From contig CAYWPT010000001.1 in the NCBI GenBank assembly GCA_964460605.1, positions 33,548 through 97,547 of the forward strand: a stretch of 64,000 nt of DNA, given 5' to 3'. Positions 29,405-39,516 of the stretch are shown piece by piece. The position numbers and the translations under genes are program-made. The DNA comes from an uncultured Methanosarcinales archaeon (lineage in GTDB: Archaea; Nanobdellota; Nanobdellia; Woesearchaeales; GW2011-AR9). Positions within the stretch are counted from its first letter, which is position 1. The number at the start of each line of letters is the position of its first letter. The notes beneath the pieces are model-generated. The model saw only the letters and a list, made by a program, of their open reading frames with translations. It searched no databases and was not told the DNA's origin.

Positions 29405-29538
29405 TTTAGCTAATTATTTTTGAGAATTGCGATCTAAATAAGGCCCCTTTTTCTCTATAAAATAGGATAATTCCAACTTTATAAAGCTTATGGTGATCTT
29501 TTACAACAGTAGAAAATAGATAAGAAAAAGTGACTATT

Positions 29539-30171
29539 TTACTCCACTTTTCCCATAGCTTCTTTGATAGCTGACTCACTCTCTTCTGTCTTTTCCTGCT
29601 CTGCTGCAAGACGTTCGGCTTCATCAATTTCTTTATTGATTTCTTCAGCTTCACGCAAAATTTCTTCAGGAATTTGTTTCAAGAATGCATCTTTAGCTTC
29701 TGCGCTTGGCAGATCAAAATATGCAAAGAATTTTGGAGTTAATTTGATTTTAAAAGTTCGACCAAATTTTTCTTTAGCGATAAAACCTTGTTCCATAAGT
29801 GCTTTCATATGCTCGTATGCAGCTGCACTTCGCAATTTAATTACTTCACTTTGCACAACTGGGTATCGCCAAGCGATAACTGCGAGAGTGTCCATTAATG
29901 GTCTTTCTAATTCTGTGGATGAGACAATACTGCTCACCAATGGAATAAATTGATCTTCTACTGTTAATTTCCAAGAATTTTCTTTTTGAGTAATTTGTAA
30001 GGAGTTGTCTTGTGAGGCGTAATCACTTTGGAGCTCTTTGATAAGTTTCTCAGTTTTCTTTGCATCAAGTTCACATAAACTTGCTACTCTCTCAGTAGAA
30101 ATCTCTTTACCTACAGCAAAAAGGATTGCTTCTACTTTTTTCTTACTCACACCAACACCTTCTTTAGTCAT
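29539..30171 (-). CDS. scpB: segregation and condensation protein B (ScpB)
   Basis: tandem winged helices ('VEAILFAVGKEIS...', '...MDTLAVIAWRYPVVQSEV'); the likely start is the Met at 30171 rather than the track start 30219. Confidence 0.75.
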   Translation of the reverse strand: MTKEGVGVSKKKVEAILFAVGKEISTERVASLCELDAKKTEKLIKELQSDYASQDNSLQITQKENSWKLTVEDQFIPLVSSIVSSTELERPLMDTLAVIAWRYPVVQSEVIKLRSAAAYEHMKALMEQGFIAKEKFGRTFKIKLTPKFFAYFDLPSAEAKDAFLKQIPEEILREAEEINKEIDEAERLAAEQEKTEESESAIKEAMGKVE

Positions 30172-30172
30172 T

Positions 30173-30757
30173 TTATGCAATTTCCCCACTTGCTTGTTTA
30201 ATGGAATATAATTCGCCATTCAAGTCTACTTTGCCTTCATCGATTAATCTATCAAGATAATCTCCTAGCTTTTCTTTTTCAACACCAGTTAACTTAGATA
30301 GTTGGTTTAAGTTTAAATCACTTTTGCCTAAGAGTACTAAAAGATAGTTTCTTAAGAGACCCGCCATATTTTTTTGTAAAATCTGATTTCTCATATTCAG
30401 CTGCTTAGCAATCATATCTACTTGGTGTAATCTTGCTTGTAGATCGTTTAATACATGTGAGAATTCCCTATCGTTTAATGTAAGACTTTTTGGTTCAACA
30501 ATTTCGATAATACTTGGCATGTAATCAAAACAAAAAGACACGATATTGTCAATTTTTTCTGTGCTAAAATCGAGTTCTGCAAAAGCCACCCATAAATCTG
30601 TATTATCTTGCTTTTTTCCTTCAGCGAGTTCTAGATTTTCAAGTTTATAATTCTCATCTTTTTGGAATTTCTCAAGATATCCCTTCAAAGAATTTTCAAC
30701 ATGTTCTTTGGGCTTTCCCATTACTTCAATTAATGCTCTACATACTACTTTTGTCAT
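30173..30757 (-). CDS. hypothetical protein with C-terminal winged helix; a ScpA-like kleisin is possible from synteny only
   Basis: C-terminal 'LNQLSKLTGVEKEKLGDYLDRLIDEGKV' wHTH; immediately upstream of scpB with 1-nt spacing; the N-terminus is not recognisably ScpA. Confidence 0.3.
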   Translation of the reverse strand: MTKVVCRALIEVMGKPKEHVENSLKGYLEKFQKDENYKLENLELAEGKKQDNTDLWVAFAELDFSTEKIDNIVSFCFDYMPSIIEIVEPKSLTLNDREFSHVLNDLQARLHQVDMIAKQLNMRNQILQKNMAGLLRNYLLVLLGKSDLNLNQLSKLTGVEKEKLGDYLDRLIDEGKVDLNGELYSIKQASGEIA

Positions 30758-30806
30758 AAGATATCTTTGTGAGAAAGGAGTTTTTAAGCTTTTTGGAAAT
30801 GTGATT

Positions 30807-32660
30807 TTATTTCTTTATAATAAGGTAGGATAAGAGTAAAATAAAGCTTAAAGCAAAGAAGTAAGGAACTAAGTGAATTGTCTTGGCAGCGCTACTCTCA
30901 TAGACTATGACTCCTGAGCGATTCATGACTTTTTGGTCTTTTTTAATACTTATTTTTTCTTGATAATTATTTTCGCTTGCTTCTGCCTGTGTGAGAGTTT
31001 GTATAGTATCATCAACAATAAATTCTTGGACAATGACTTCTTTTTCAAAAGTCTCACAAGTTTTTTTGCTAATATCATCGATGGAAAATTTTTCTTTGAT
31101 TTCTTGACCAAAACCTTTAATGTAAAGGGTGGCACTTCCATCTGCAATTTTTTCATTACAATTTGGGGTAAGCTCTAATGGTACTGTAAATATTCCTTCT
31201 GAAAATTTTTCTTGCATGTCTACTTTAGTTCTTTTTGTAATACTTTTATCAGATTTTTCAGCCCAGAGCTCAATAACATTTTTTGTCTCATCCCCTTTGT
31301 AAGCTTGGAATTTTACCCTGAATGTATCTCCCCAAGAAACTTCTTCATCTTTTCCAAAATCATAAAAATCAATAAAAAATATTTCTGATTCATTCTTTTG
31401 ATACTCAGGATTTACTGCAAGAAGTCTTTTTACAATATCGTTCTTTTCATTATAATCCTCACAGGAATTTTCCTCTATCCAAAACGCTAATTGGTAAGAA
31501 CCTTTTTTCAAATTTGGTGAATAAGATTTACTTTGACTAGTTGTGATTTCTTTATTTGTCCAAGGAGAATAACTCTCTACTTTTTTACCAAACAAATCTT
31601 GTATCTCCCCTTTTACACTAAGATTACTTTTAAGACCATCCAGTCTATTTGTTTCTATTGTAAAAGAAAGATCGTCACCCTGAAAAATTGCGTCTTCATA
31701 GGCGATATCTAAACCCCAATCACATTGAGGGTTGTACTGATTTTCTGCATTTGGCGTTGGAAGAGTTTGGTGCCAAATATCGTCAATTAAAGACCAAGAC
31801 ATCCCTTCTGTGCTTCCTGCAAAATTAGTGTAAGCAATCTTAGCGTCTCCAACATAAAGAGAGAGTTCTTCGAAGTCATAATTATTCAATGAAAAATCAC
31901 TATCTCCGTCTTTGTAAATTACCTTATAATTATTTGGATGGATTAAAGTAGAAGCGCCCATTGTTTTTGTTTGTGCAATAATTAATTCGTTTTCTTTTTT
32001 TATATCGGTAAAATAGAGGCCTTTAAGGTCTATAGTTTTTTCACCATCATTGTATAATTCAATCCATTCACCATTTGGTTTATCTGCCCCATCTTCTCCA
32101 AAAGGGTTTGCTAAGAATTCTGTGATGAAAATATTTTCAAATTCAATTGAAATTTCAGATATGCTATTCTCTTCTCCTGGGCTTCCACCTTGCGTGAGAG
32201 ATTCTCCCCATGTTCCATCACTTCTTCTTTCTAAAGTTAAATTGTTATTATTTGCTAATTTATCATTTGTTAAATAGGTATAATCAAAAGAAGTATTACA
32301 CCATTCACTACCATTGAGAATAAGCTCTTTTCCAGAATTTACTAAACTAAAAGTTATTTCCTGATAATTTTCTGGTTCTTTAAAATAATATGAAAAATTT
32401 TCATAATCTCTTAAGATAATTTTGTAACTATTTGCCGAAATGTTCCCTTCAAGTTCTTTGCCCATCAAACTACATTGACTAATATCTATTATCTCATCCA
32501 CTCCATTATACAATTCTATCCATTCGCATTGTGCATCTGGACATTGTCCTGGATCATACATGACTTCATTAATTAATATTTGTGCAGAAACTAAGCTTGA
32601 GAAGAGTATGAACATGAACGTGCCTAAAAGGGATAGTTTCATAAAGAAAAAACAAGACAT
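30807..32660 (-). CDS. cell-surface protein with two lamin-tail domains (LTD) and C-terminal TM anchor
   Basis: two copies of the LTD signature ('ILINEVMYDPG...EWIELYN' and 'IFITEFLANPFG...EWIELYN'), N-terminal signal/TM, C-terminal hydrophobic anchor 'YFFALSFILLLSYLIIKK'. Confidence 0.6.
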   Translation of the reverse strand: MSCFFFMKLSLLGTFMFILFSSLVSAQILINEVMYDPGQCPDAQCEWIELYNGVDEIIDISQCSLMGKELEGNISANSYKIILRDYENFSYYFKEPENYQEITFSLVNSGKELILNGSEWCNTSFDYTYLTNDKLANNNNLTLERRSDGTWGESLTQGGSPGEENSISEISIEFENIFITEFLANPFGEDGADKPNGEWIELYNDGEKTIDLKGLYFTDIKKENELIIAQTKTMGASTLIHPNNYKVIYKDGDSDFSLNNYDFEELSLYVGDAKIAYTNFAGSTEGMSWSLIDDIWHQTLPTPNAENQYNPQCDWGLDIAYEDAIFQGDDLSFTIETNRLDGLKSNLSVKGEIQDLFGKKVESYSPWTNKEITTSQSKSYSPNLKKGSYQLAFWIEENSCEDYNEKNDIVKRLLAVNPEYQKNESEIFFIDFYDFGKDEEVSWGDTFRVKFQAYKGDETKNVIELWAEKSDKSITKRTKVDMQEKFSEGIFTVPLELTPNCNEKIADGSATLYIKGFGQEIKEKFSIDDISKKTCETFEKEVIVQEFIVDDTIQTLTQAEASENNYQEKISIKKDQKVMNRSGVIVYESSAAKTIHLVPYFFALSFILLLSYLIIKK

Positions 32661-33030
32661 CTAGAATAAAAAACTAATCTAAATACACTATTTACTCTGT
32701 TATAGGTACTTGGATGACATATGCTTACTTATGGTGATTTGGGCGATTTTTAGATGATTTTTATAAAAATAGATTAAAAATGAGATAATAGAGGTAAAGT
32801 GAGAAGATTAGAACATTATGGGCTTTCTGGCCCTGATGCCTTTTGACACATTTATCGTTACGAAATTTCTCTTGATAATAAAATTATCATTACAAGAAAA
32901 GATAGCCAAAAACCATTAATTAGACAAATACCTATTGCAATGGTTGTCTCTCGAAATTTGTTTTTGAAAAGTTACTATTCTAAAATACTCAAGAAACTTT
33001 AAAAGCGAAATTACTTTGTTTTCTTAGATT

Positions 33031-33570
33031 ATGGGATTATTTTTTAGAAAGAAAAGGCCAAGCACAGGGATACCGGCACCAATTAGAAAATTTGGTGACT
33101 CAGAAGCACTCAAACTTCCAAGTAAAGATGGAGCTGAGAGAGTGATTACCCCTAAGGCTAAACAGTTCAAAAAAGCTGCAGGTGTAGAAGGTGGTTTTGA
33201 TAAGCAACTCAAAGATGATATGATTCCTATGCCGCCGAGTAGACCTCCTAGAGCTGCTCCACTTCCAAGTCGTCCAAGTCCAAAACTCCCAGATTTAGGT
33301 GCTCCTTTACCTGATATGCCAGAGAGACCTCTTGTTTCAGTTAAGTTAAATAATCAGGACGGACCAGTTTTTGTTGGAATGGAAAATTATAAGATGATAC
33401 TCAACGAAATCAAAGATGCTAAAAAGGAACTAAACGATTTAGCCGAGATTAGCAGAAATTTAGAAAAATCAGAATTTAGTGAAGAAAAAAGTTTTGGAGA
33501 TCTTCGATCTTCAGTAAAAAGTTTACACGATAAACTACTTAGCGTAGATGAAGTGTTATTCAAACAGTAG
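33031..33570 (+). CDS. hypothetical protein: Pro-rich linker plus C-terminal helical module (trio member 1)
   Basis: 'PMPPSRPPRAAPLPSRPSPKLPDLGAPLPDMPERP' then 'GPVFVGMENYKMILNEIKDAKKELNDL...'. Confidence 0.4.
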   Translation: MGLFFRKKRPSTGIPAPIRKFGDSEALKLPSKDGAERVITPKAKQFKKAAGVEGGFDKQLKDDMIPMPPSRPPRAAPLPSRPSPKLPDLGAPLPDMPERPLVSVKLNNQDGPVFVGMENYKMILNEIKDAKKELNDLAEISRNLEKSEFSEEKSFGDLRSSVKSLHDKLLSVDEVLFKQ

Positions 33571-33577
33571 GTGATTA

Positions 33578-33808
33578 ATGATGGAAAAAATGCCTGTATT
33601 TGTACAAGTTGAAGATTACAGAGACGTATTAGCACTCTTACGTGCAATTGAAAAGAAGGTTGATGATGCAAAAGATACCTTATTGAGAATTAACGAATTA
33701 AAAAATGAGGAAGATGAATTAGTTGAACATTGGCAAAATGGACTTGCTGAAGTTGAGAAAAAGATTGAATTTATTAATCACTCATTAAATGAACCAGAAC
33801 ATTTCTAA
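33578..33808 (+). CDS. hypothetical protein: helical module only (trio member 2)
   Basis: 'MPVFVQVEDYRDVLALLRAIEKKVDDAKDTL...' parallels the C-terminus of the upstream protein. Confidence 0.4.
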   Translation: MMEKMPVFVQVEDYRDVLALLRAIEKKVDDAKDTLLRINELKNEEDELVEHWQNGLAEVEKKIEFINHSLNEPEHF

Positions 33809-33809
33809 A

Positions 33810-34325
33810 ATGGCTCGAAAGAAAAAGAAGACTACACGAAGAAAGAGTACAAAAAAACGAAGCAGAAGCACTCGTAAGAAAATAGTAAAGAGTCCTCCAA
33901 GAGATAAACAACCATCCTATATGGTAAGAGTTGGGGAACCAAAATCTGTTCGAAAAGACGTATTAGAATCTTTACGTGAGGTTATCTTAATTATGCAAGC
34001 ATATGAAGAATTTAAAAGAATCCAAGCTGAGAAAAAAATTGTTTTTGCTCAATTAAAAGACGATGTAAAAGAACTCAACAATATGATTGATAATAGGTTA
34101 CGTTTCTATTTACCTAAAGGAAAGTTAACATTAGCACTTAAAAAAGAAAAAATTCAAGAAGATCAAAGAGTAAAATTAATGCGTGAATCAGTTGCTAAGG
34201 TTACTCCAAAAGTTGTTGGGTTAAAAGCTAAAGCCGTACCAGTAGCTCCAAAAAAGAGTGAGAAAGGCCTAGAAGACCTAGAGATGCAATTAGCAAGTAT
34301 TGAAAAACAATTAGGCGACATGTAA
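33810..34325 (+). CDS. hypothetical protein: K/R-rich tail plus helical module (trio member 3)
   Basis: 'MARKKKKTTRRKSTKKRSRSTRKKIVKSPP' then 'SYMVRVGEPKSVRKDVLESLREVILIMQAYEEFKRIQ...'; the start is taken at the Met after the upstream stop. Confidence 0.4.
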   Translation: MARKKKKTTRRKSTKKRSRSTRKKIVKSPPRDKQPSYMVRVGEPKSVRKDVLESLREVILIMQAYEEFKRIQAEKKIVFAQLKDDVKELNNMIDNRLRFYLPKGKLTLALKKEKIQEDQRVKLMRESVAKVTPKVVGLKAKAVPVAPKKSEKGLEDLEMQLASIEKQLGDM

Positions 34326-34436
34326 TTATTATTTCTTTTTTCATATAAACAAAAAGCTACTTTTTGAGATAAGAAATTAAATCTTCGTTTAATTTCATAT
34401 AATTTTATAAAAGACTTCTAGCTTGAGCTATTTAAT

Positions 34437-34520
34437 GCGAGTGTGCCGGAGTGGTCAAACGGGGCGGACTCAAAATCCGTTAGCTTAGTGCTTACGCAGG
34501 TTCGAGCCCTGCCACTCGCA
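34437..34520 (+). tRNA. tRNA-Leu (CAA), class II with long variable arm
   Basis: acceptor GCGAGTG/CACTCGC, anticodon stem GCGGA/TCCGT with loop CTCAAAA, 15-nt variable arm, T-arm GCAGG-TTCGAGC-CCTGC; TATA 'TTTTATAAAAG' ~28 nt upstream. Confidence 0.85.
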
Positions 34521-34569
34521 TTTTCTAAAACAAAGGATTTTTAAATCAGGTTAATAGTTATAGTTTAAA

Positions 34570-35913
34570 ATGGGAATTGAAGTATGCACAATTGGCGGTT
34601 TCTCCGAATGTGGAAGAAATTGTACAGCAGTGAGAGTTGATGACGAAGTAGTTATCTTAGACATTGGTTTAGAGATGGAAAACTATATTCGTCATACACA
34701 AAGTGAACGAGAAAATTTAGTAAAATTAAACTACAAAGATTTAGTCCGTGTTAATGCTGTTCCTAATTTAGATTTAATCAATGATTGGAAAGATAAAGTT
34801 GTGGCGATTGTTCCTTCACATGCACACTTAGACCATATTGGAGCGATTCCTTTTGCAGCCCCCATGTTTCCTAAAGTTCCTATTATTTCTACACCTTATA
34901 CGGTAGAAGTTATCAAAAGTATTCTCAAAGACGAGAGGATTAGATTAAAAAATAGATTAATTGGACAAAATCCAAATTCTAAGTATAAATTATCTGATAA
35001 AATTACTATTGAATTTGTAAATATTACACATAGTATTCCACACACAGCAATTGTTGTTTTACACACACCTTATGGAAAAGTAATGTATGCAAACGATTAC
35101 AAAATTGACCTTACTCCAACTTTAGGACAAAAACCTAATTTTAAGCGTCTTAAAGAGTTAGCAGAAGAAGGAATTGATTTACTTATTAGTGAAACACTTT
35201 ATGCAGATCATCATTCAAAATGTCCATCCGAAGCAATTGCACGTCAAATGCTCAGAGATTTAATTGCAGGAACAGACCATACAGGCCAAGGTATTATTGT
35301 AACCACCTTCGCTTCACACATTGCTCGTTTAAAGAGTGCAATTGAAATTGGGAAAAAATTAGATCGTAAGATTGTCTTATTTGGTAGATCACTTAAGAAA
35401 TATATCACTGCAGCTGAGAATATTGGGATTATAAACTTCTCTAAAGATGTCAAAATGTATAGTAGACGTCATGAACTTGAGAAAGTTATGCGACAAATCA
35501 ACAAAGAAGGTATGGATAAGTATATGATTATTTGTACCGGACATCAAGGTGAACCTGGTGCTGTTTTATCTCGTATCTCTGATGGTCGTTTACCTTTAAA
35601 ATTAAGTAAAAGAGATTTAGTTGTCTTTTCATGTTCAGTAATTCCGGTTGAGCTAAATATTCAGAATAGATTAGAGTTAGAGCGTAAATTAAAAGGAAAA
35701 GGTGCACGACTCTTTGTAGATGTACACGTATCAGGTCATGGACACAGAGAAGATTACCGTGAACTTATTGAAATGATTAAACCAAAACATGTCATCCCTG
35801 CCCATGCTGGACACCAAAAAGCTGAACATATGAAAGAATTATGTTTAGAGATTGGTTATGTGGATAAGGAAACATTCCATATGATGGAGAATGGTAAACG
35901 TTTATTACTATAA
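34570..35913 (+). CDS. rnj: ribonuclease J (beta-CASP metallo-beta-lactamase RNase)
   Basis: MBL motif 'PSHAHLDHIGAIP', beta-CASP region, 447 aa typical of archaeal RNase J. Confidence 0.85.
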   Translation: MGIEVCTIGGFSECGRNCTAVRVDDEVVILDIGLEMENYIRHTQSERENLVKLNYKDLVRVNAVPNLDLINDWKDKVVAIVPSHAHLDHIGAIPFAAPMFPKVPIISTPYTVEVIKSILKDERIRLKNRLIGQNPNSKYKLSDKITIEFVNITHSIPHTAIVVLHTPYGKVMYANDYKIDLTPTLGQKPNFKRLKELAEEGIDLLISETLYADHHSKCPSEAIARQMLRDLIAGTDHTGQGIIVTTFASHIARLKSAIEIGKKLDRKIVLFGRSLKKYITAAENIGIINFSKDVKMYSRRHELEKVMRQINKEGMDKYMIICTGHQGEPGAVLSRISDGRLPLKLSKRDLVVFSCSVIPVELNIQNRLELERKLKGKGARLFVDVHVSGHGHREDYRELIEMIKPKHVIPAHAGHQKAEHMKELCLEIGYVDKETFHMMENGKRLLL

Positions 35914-35915
35914 TT

Positions 35916-37250
35916 TTATTTTGCTTTACGATATTTTCCTTGACTAATCCATCTTGTTTTTACGACTTTGGGCATTCTATCATGAACAATAAATCCCTTT
36001 TTTTGTGGTTCTACATAAAATATTTCTTTATACTTGAATTTATCAATTTTTTTTGCTTCTTCTTTTCCATTAGAAAAGCCAGGAGGAACTACACCAGTTG
36101 CTAAAGTAGGCAATGCTTCTGCAGTATAACAAGAAAAATCTCCTGGAGCCATGCTCGCAGTGCTAACTAGAAAAGTGCGGGGCATATTTGGGAGAATATA
36201 AATTATTTGATCTCTTCTTGTTACTTGTTTTATTTCTTTAAGATGTTTTCTTGAATCAAAAAGAATATCTGCGAGAGTGTTTTCTGCAGTGAGTTTTCTT
36301 ACTCTTCTCCAAGAAGGGATCCTAAAACTATCTTCAACAGTGAGAAGAAGATCCCCTAACCATTTATCTTGACAATGTGAATTATCTTTAAGTGATTTTG
36401 CCTCAGGAACAGCTAAAAATGCTTGTGTCCTTCTTCCAAAAACTTTTGGAACATCTTTTCTAAGAATTTCTTCAAGTTCAGAGATTGAAGTATCTTTACT
36501 CGCTGAGAGTGTATTACTTGTTTCTGCATCAAAAGTTGTAGTTGTTAAATCAGTATCATCACCTAAAGTTTTCAAAACTTCTAATGAAGCACCATTCCAC
36601 TTATCTGAATATACTGCAATCGCTGAAGCTGCATGATTATCTGAGTAAGCGATACCTGTTTGGATTTGGGCATAAGCCATAAATGAAGAAAAGAGTACTG
36701 AAAAATCTTCACAATCTCCATTACCATCCAATAAAGTTTGGAATGGATATTTAGCAAAATCTGCTTTTGGATCATTTTTGCTCCCGTCCGCCATCCAATC
36801 AAAAAACCAACCAGTTAAAGGTGCATGATAGGCATATAAATCTGGTTGATATTCTACATTATCATTAATAAATTCAAGAACATTGACAACATAATCTAAT
36901 TCATCTTCTGAATTATCCCATAATGCTTTAGCCATAGGTGATATTTGTTGTTGAACTACAAAATATTCTGCTCCTAATCCTGCAAATTTTTCTGAATCTT
37001 TGTACATAACAATTACATGATCTTTCAGATAAGAAATTCCTTTTTCTTCCCCATCTAAGGTGTAAGTTGTAGTTATTATCTCTTCTAATCCTGATTGAAG
37101 ATAATATTCACCACCCATAACTACTGTAGTTTGGTCTAAAGCATATTGCCCTGCAGAGAATACTCCATAAGCTAAAAGAACTGAAGCTGCTAAAGCTGGC
37201 ATTAGCATATCTTCTTTTCTTCTTTCATCCCAATAATCTTCATTATCCAT
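35916..37250 (-). CDS. transglutaminase-like domain membrane protein
   Basis: N-terminal TM; TGase-core 'GNGDCEDFSVLFSSFMAYAQIQTGI' (G-x-C-x-D-F ... ). Confidence 0.55.
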   Translation of the reverse strand: MDNEDYWDERRKEDMLMPALAASVLLAYGVFSAGQYALDQTTVVMGGEYYLQSGLEEIITTTYTLDGEEKGISYLKDHVIVMYKDSEKFAGLGAEYFVVQQQISPMAKALWDNSEDELDYVVNVLEFINDNVEYQPDLYAYHAPLTGWFFDWMADGSKNDPKADFAKYPFQTLLDGNGDCEDFSVLFSSFMAYAQIQTGIAYSDNHAASAIAVYSDKWNGASLEVLKTLGDDTDLTTTTFDAETSNTLSASKDTSISELEEILRKDVPKVFGRRTQAFLAVPEAKSLKDNSHCQDKWLGDLLLTVEDSFRIPSWRRVRKLTAENTLADILFDSRKHLKEIKQVTRRDQIIYILPNMPRTFLVSTASMAPGDFSCYTAEALPTLATGVVPPGFSNGKEEAKKIDKFKYKEIFYVEPQKKGFIVHDRMPKVVKTRWISQGKYRKAK

Positions 37251-37385
37251 ACTATTTGTTCATATTTGAGTATATTTTTAAACTTTAACAAAAATTCTTA
37301 ATATATTCTAGAGCACACATGAAGTCTTAATTACAGCAAATTTTATAAGGAACTTTACTTGAATTAAAGCTGAGGGTAAAAGACT

Positions 37386-38132
37386 ATGAAATTTGTTTTA
37401 GCAGACGTACGATTTTTTAAAGATAGCATTTCAATTGCTTCAGAACTTGTGAACGAAGTTACTTTTAAAGCGAGCACCGATGGGCTTGAAATGGTTTCAA
37501 TGGATCCAGCAAATGTTGCTATGATTATTCTTAAAATCTTAAGCAGTAGTTTCGTGGAATACAACATTGAAGGTGAAGAAGAATTAAGCGTAAGTTTAAC
37601 CAGTTTAAAACAAATTTTGAAAAGATCTAAAGCTGATGATGTCTTAAGTTTTGAGACTACTGAAGATAGTAAGTTAAAAATTCAGCTAAAAGGTAAAACT
37701 ACCCGTTCATTTAGTATTCCTTTATTAGAAATTGATGATAGGGAGCAAAGAGTACCTGAATTAAGTTTTCCAGTATCAGTTACCATGGCTTCTAGTACAT
37801 TAGGAGATTCTATTGAAGATGTAAGTATTGTAGCTGAATCAGTTACTTTTTTAGGTGATAAAGAACAATTACTTGTAAAAGCCCAAGGTGATTTGAGTAA
37901 AGCATTTATCGAAATCAAACCTGATGATAATACAGTTATCAAAACAGATTCTGAAGAGAAGTTTAAAGCTAAATATTCTTTAGAATATTTGAAAAAAATG
38001 ATGTCTGGAGCTAAACTAAGTAATGATGTTACTCTACGGTTCAACACTGATTATCCTTTACGTTTAGATTATACTGTTGTAGATAGATTATCAATGAGTT
38101 TTATTCTAGCTCCTCGTGTTGACAATGACTAA
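37386..38132 (+). CDS. pcn: DNA polymerase sliding clamp PCNA
   Basis: 'MKFVLADVRFFKDSISIASELVNEVTFKASTDGLEMVSMDPANVAMII' is the typical PCNA N-terminus; 248 aa. Confidence 0.9.
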   Translation: MKFVLADVRFFKDSISIASELVNEVTFKASTDGLEMVSMDPANVAMIILKILSSSFVEYNIEGEEELSVSLTSLKQILKRSKADDVLSFETTEDSKLKIQLKGKTTRSFSIPLLEIDDREQRVPELSFPVSVTMASSTLGDSIEDVSIVAESVTFLGDKEQLLVKAQGDLSKAFIEIKPDDNTVIKTDSEEKFKAKYSLEYLKKMMSGAKLSNDVTLRFNTDYPLRLDYTVVDRLSMSFILAPRVDND

Positions 38133-38595
38133 GCAATTAGTTTTACCTGGAATGGAAGAAGCATTAGCCATTCCTCTTGCTGAAACTCCCACTCGTTTTT
38201 TAGCAATTTATTTTTCTTTAGGTCGTTACACAGAAGATGATAGAGCACCTGAATTAGTTAATTATGATTGTCCTTTTGATGACTCTCCTGCTTTTGAAGC
38301 AGATTCTAAAGACGCCTTAGTTGCAATGATAACTGATCTTTATAATGGAGGGGATCAAAGAAATTATTCTCATGCAAGACCAATAGGTATGGACTTTGAA
38401 TCAGTTATGCCTGATATCATTGTTGATGGAAATGGAAAGATCTTAGATGAGCTTTATGATAGTTTAGCCATCGATCTTGAAGTAGAAGGTGCTAGACATC
38501 CAAAAAGAAAGCCACTGAGTGAAACCCTTTATTCTTTGGGAAGAGAGAGTCTTGCTGATCTTTGGGAGAGAGAAAGCCATAGGTGGGTTAGTTAG
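38125..38595 (+). CDS. hypothetical acidic protein
   Basis: ORF with strongly acidic composition; no motif I recognise. Confidence 0.3.
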   Translation: MTKQLVLPGMEEALAIPLAETPTRFLAIYFSLGRYTEDDRAPELVNYDCPFDDSPAFEADSKDALVAMITDLYNGGDQRNYSHARPIGMDFESVMPDIIVDGNGKILDELYDSLAIDLEVEGARHPKRKPLSETLYSLGRESLADLWERESHRWVS

Positions 38596-38596
38596 A

Positions 38597-39082
38597 ATGA
38601 AAAAAGTCACCCTTACAGTAATTAGCTATGATAACAAAATACTTTTAGGTATGAAAAAAAGAGGTTTCGGAGCTAGAAAGTATAATGGTTTTGGTGGAAA
38701 ACCAGAAGAAGGGGAAACATTGTACAGCTGTGTTCTTAGAGAAACTGAAGAAGAAGCAGGGATTAAGTTACATGAGCCTAAATTATTTGGTGTTCTTGAT
38801 TTTTATTTTACACATAAACCTGAATGGAATCAACAAGTGCATGTATTCAAAGTGAGTTCTTTTGATGGTGAAGCAAAAGAGACTGAAGAGATGAAACCAG
38901 AAGTTTTTGCTCATAATGAAATTCCTTATGATAAAATGTGGGTAGATGATCTTCATTGGCTACCAAAAATTCTTGAAGGGAAAAAAGTTCGTGGAAGTTT
39001 TTCTTTCGCTGAAGATGGAAGTATTTCTGAATTTGATTTGAATGAAGTTGAAGAACTTGAATGGAAAGCTAACAAGAATTGA
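38597..39082 (+). CDS. NUDIX hydrolase (MutT-like)
   Basis: Nudix box 'GGKPEEGETLYSCVLRETEEEAGI'; the start is taken at the ATG at 38597 just after the upstream stop. Confidence 0.75.
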   Translation: MKKVTLTVISYDNKILLGMKKRGFGARKYNGFGGKPEEGETLYSCVLRETEEEAGIKLHEPKLFGVLDFYFTHKPEWNQQVHVFKVSSFDGEAKETEEMKPEVFAHNEIPYDKMWVDDLHWLPKILEGKKVRGSFSFAEDGSISEFDLNEVEELEWKANKN

Positions 39083-39156
39083 AAATTCTTGGAAGCTCCC
39101 AGAAAATTTTTCATTTTCCGATAGCTATATAAGCAAGTTCTTAGTATTTTTGTTTT

Positions 39157-39375
39157 ATGACAATTTACGCAGAAGGAATTATTTGGTATGTCTTATTAGC
39201 AGATTGCATTACGTATAACATTCTTACTTGGTCTAAAGGGAAAATGCACGATAGGGTAAATCATTGGATTAGCGATTATTTTCCATTAAAAAAAGCAATT
39301 GGGCTTTGGTATTTAGTAATGATGATTTGGTTGGGATCTGCATTATATAGGATGCAAATCATAAAAATCTGGTAA
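39157..39375 (+). CDS. small hypothetical membrane protein
   Basis: 72 aa with two hydrophobic helices. Confidence 0.25.
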   Translation: MTIYAEGIIWYVLLADCITYNILTWSKGKMHDRVNHWISDYFPLKKAIGLWYLVMMIWLGSALYRMQIIKIW

Positions 39376-39516
39376 AAGCAGATTTTTAGATGCCAATAAA
39401 GTATTTTCTTTATTGAGCATCATCTTCTAATTCTAGAAAATATAGGACGGTTAAAGGGAAGTCTTTTATAGGGGTGACCCTTCAAAGCTCTCATTAACAT
39501 ATCGAGGTGTTATTAT

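Noticed and set aside
29406-29654. ORF 29406-29654 (-) between gyrA and scpB
   Set aside because: It overlaps the 3' end of scpB in another frame and has a low-complexity basic translation, so it is likely spurious
32661-33030. 370-bp ORF-free region as a possible ncRNA (for example SRP RNA)
   Set aside because: It is very AT-rich with no conserved SRP/sRNA motifs or stable helices; it is more consistent with a divergent promoter region
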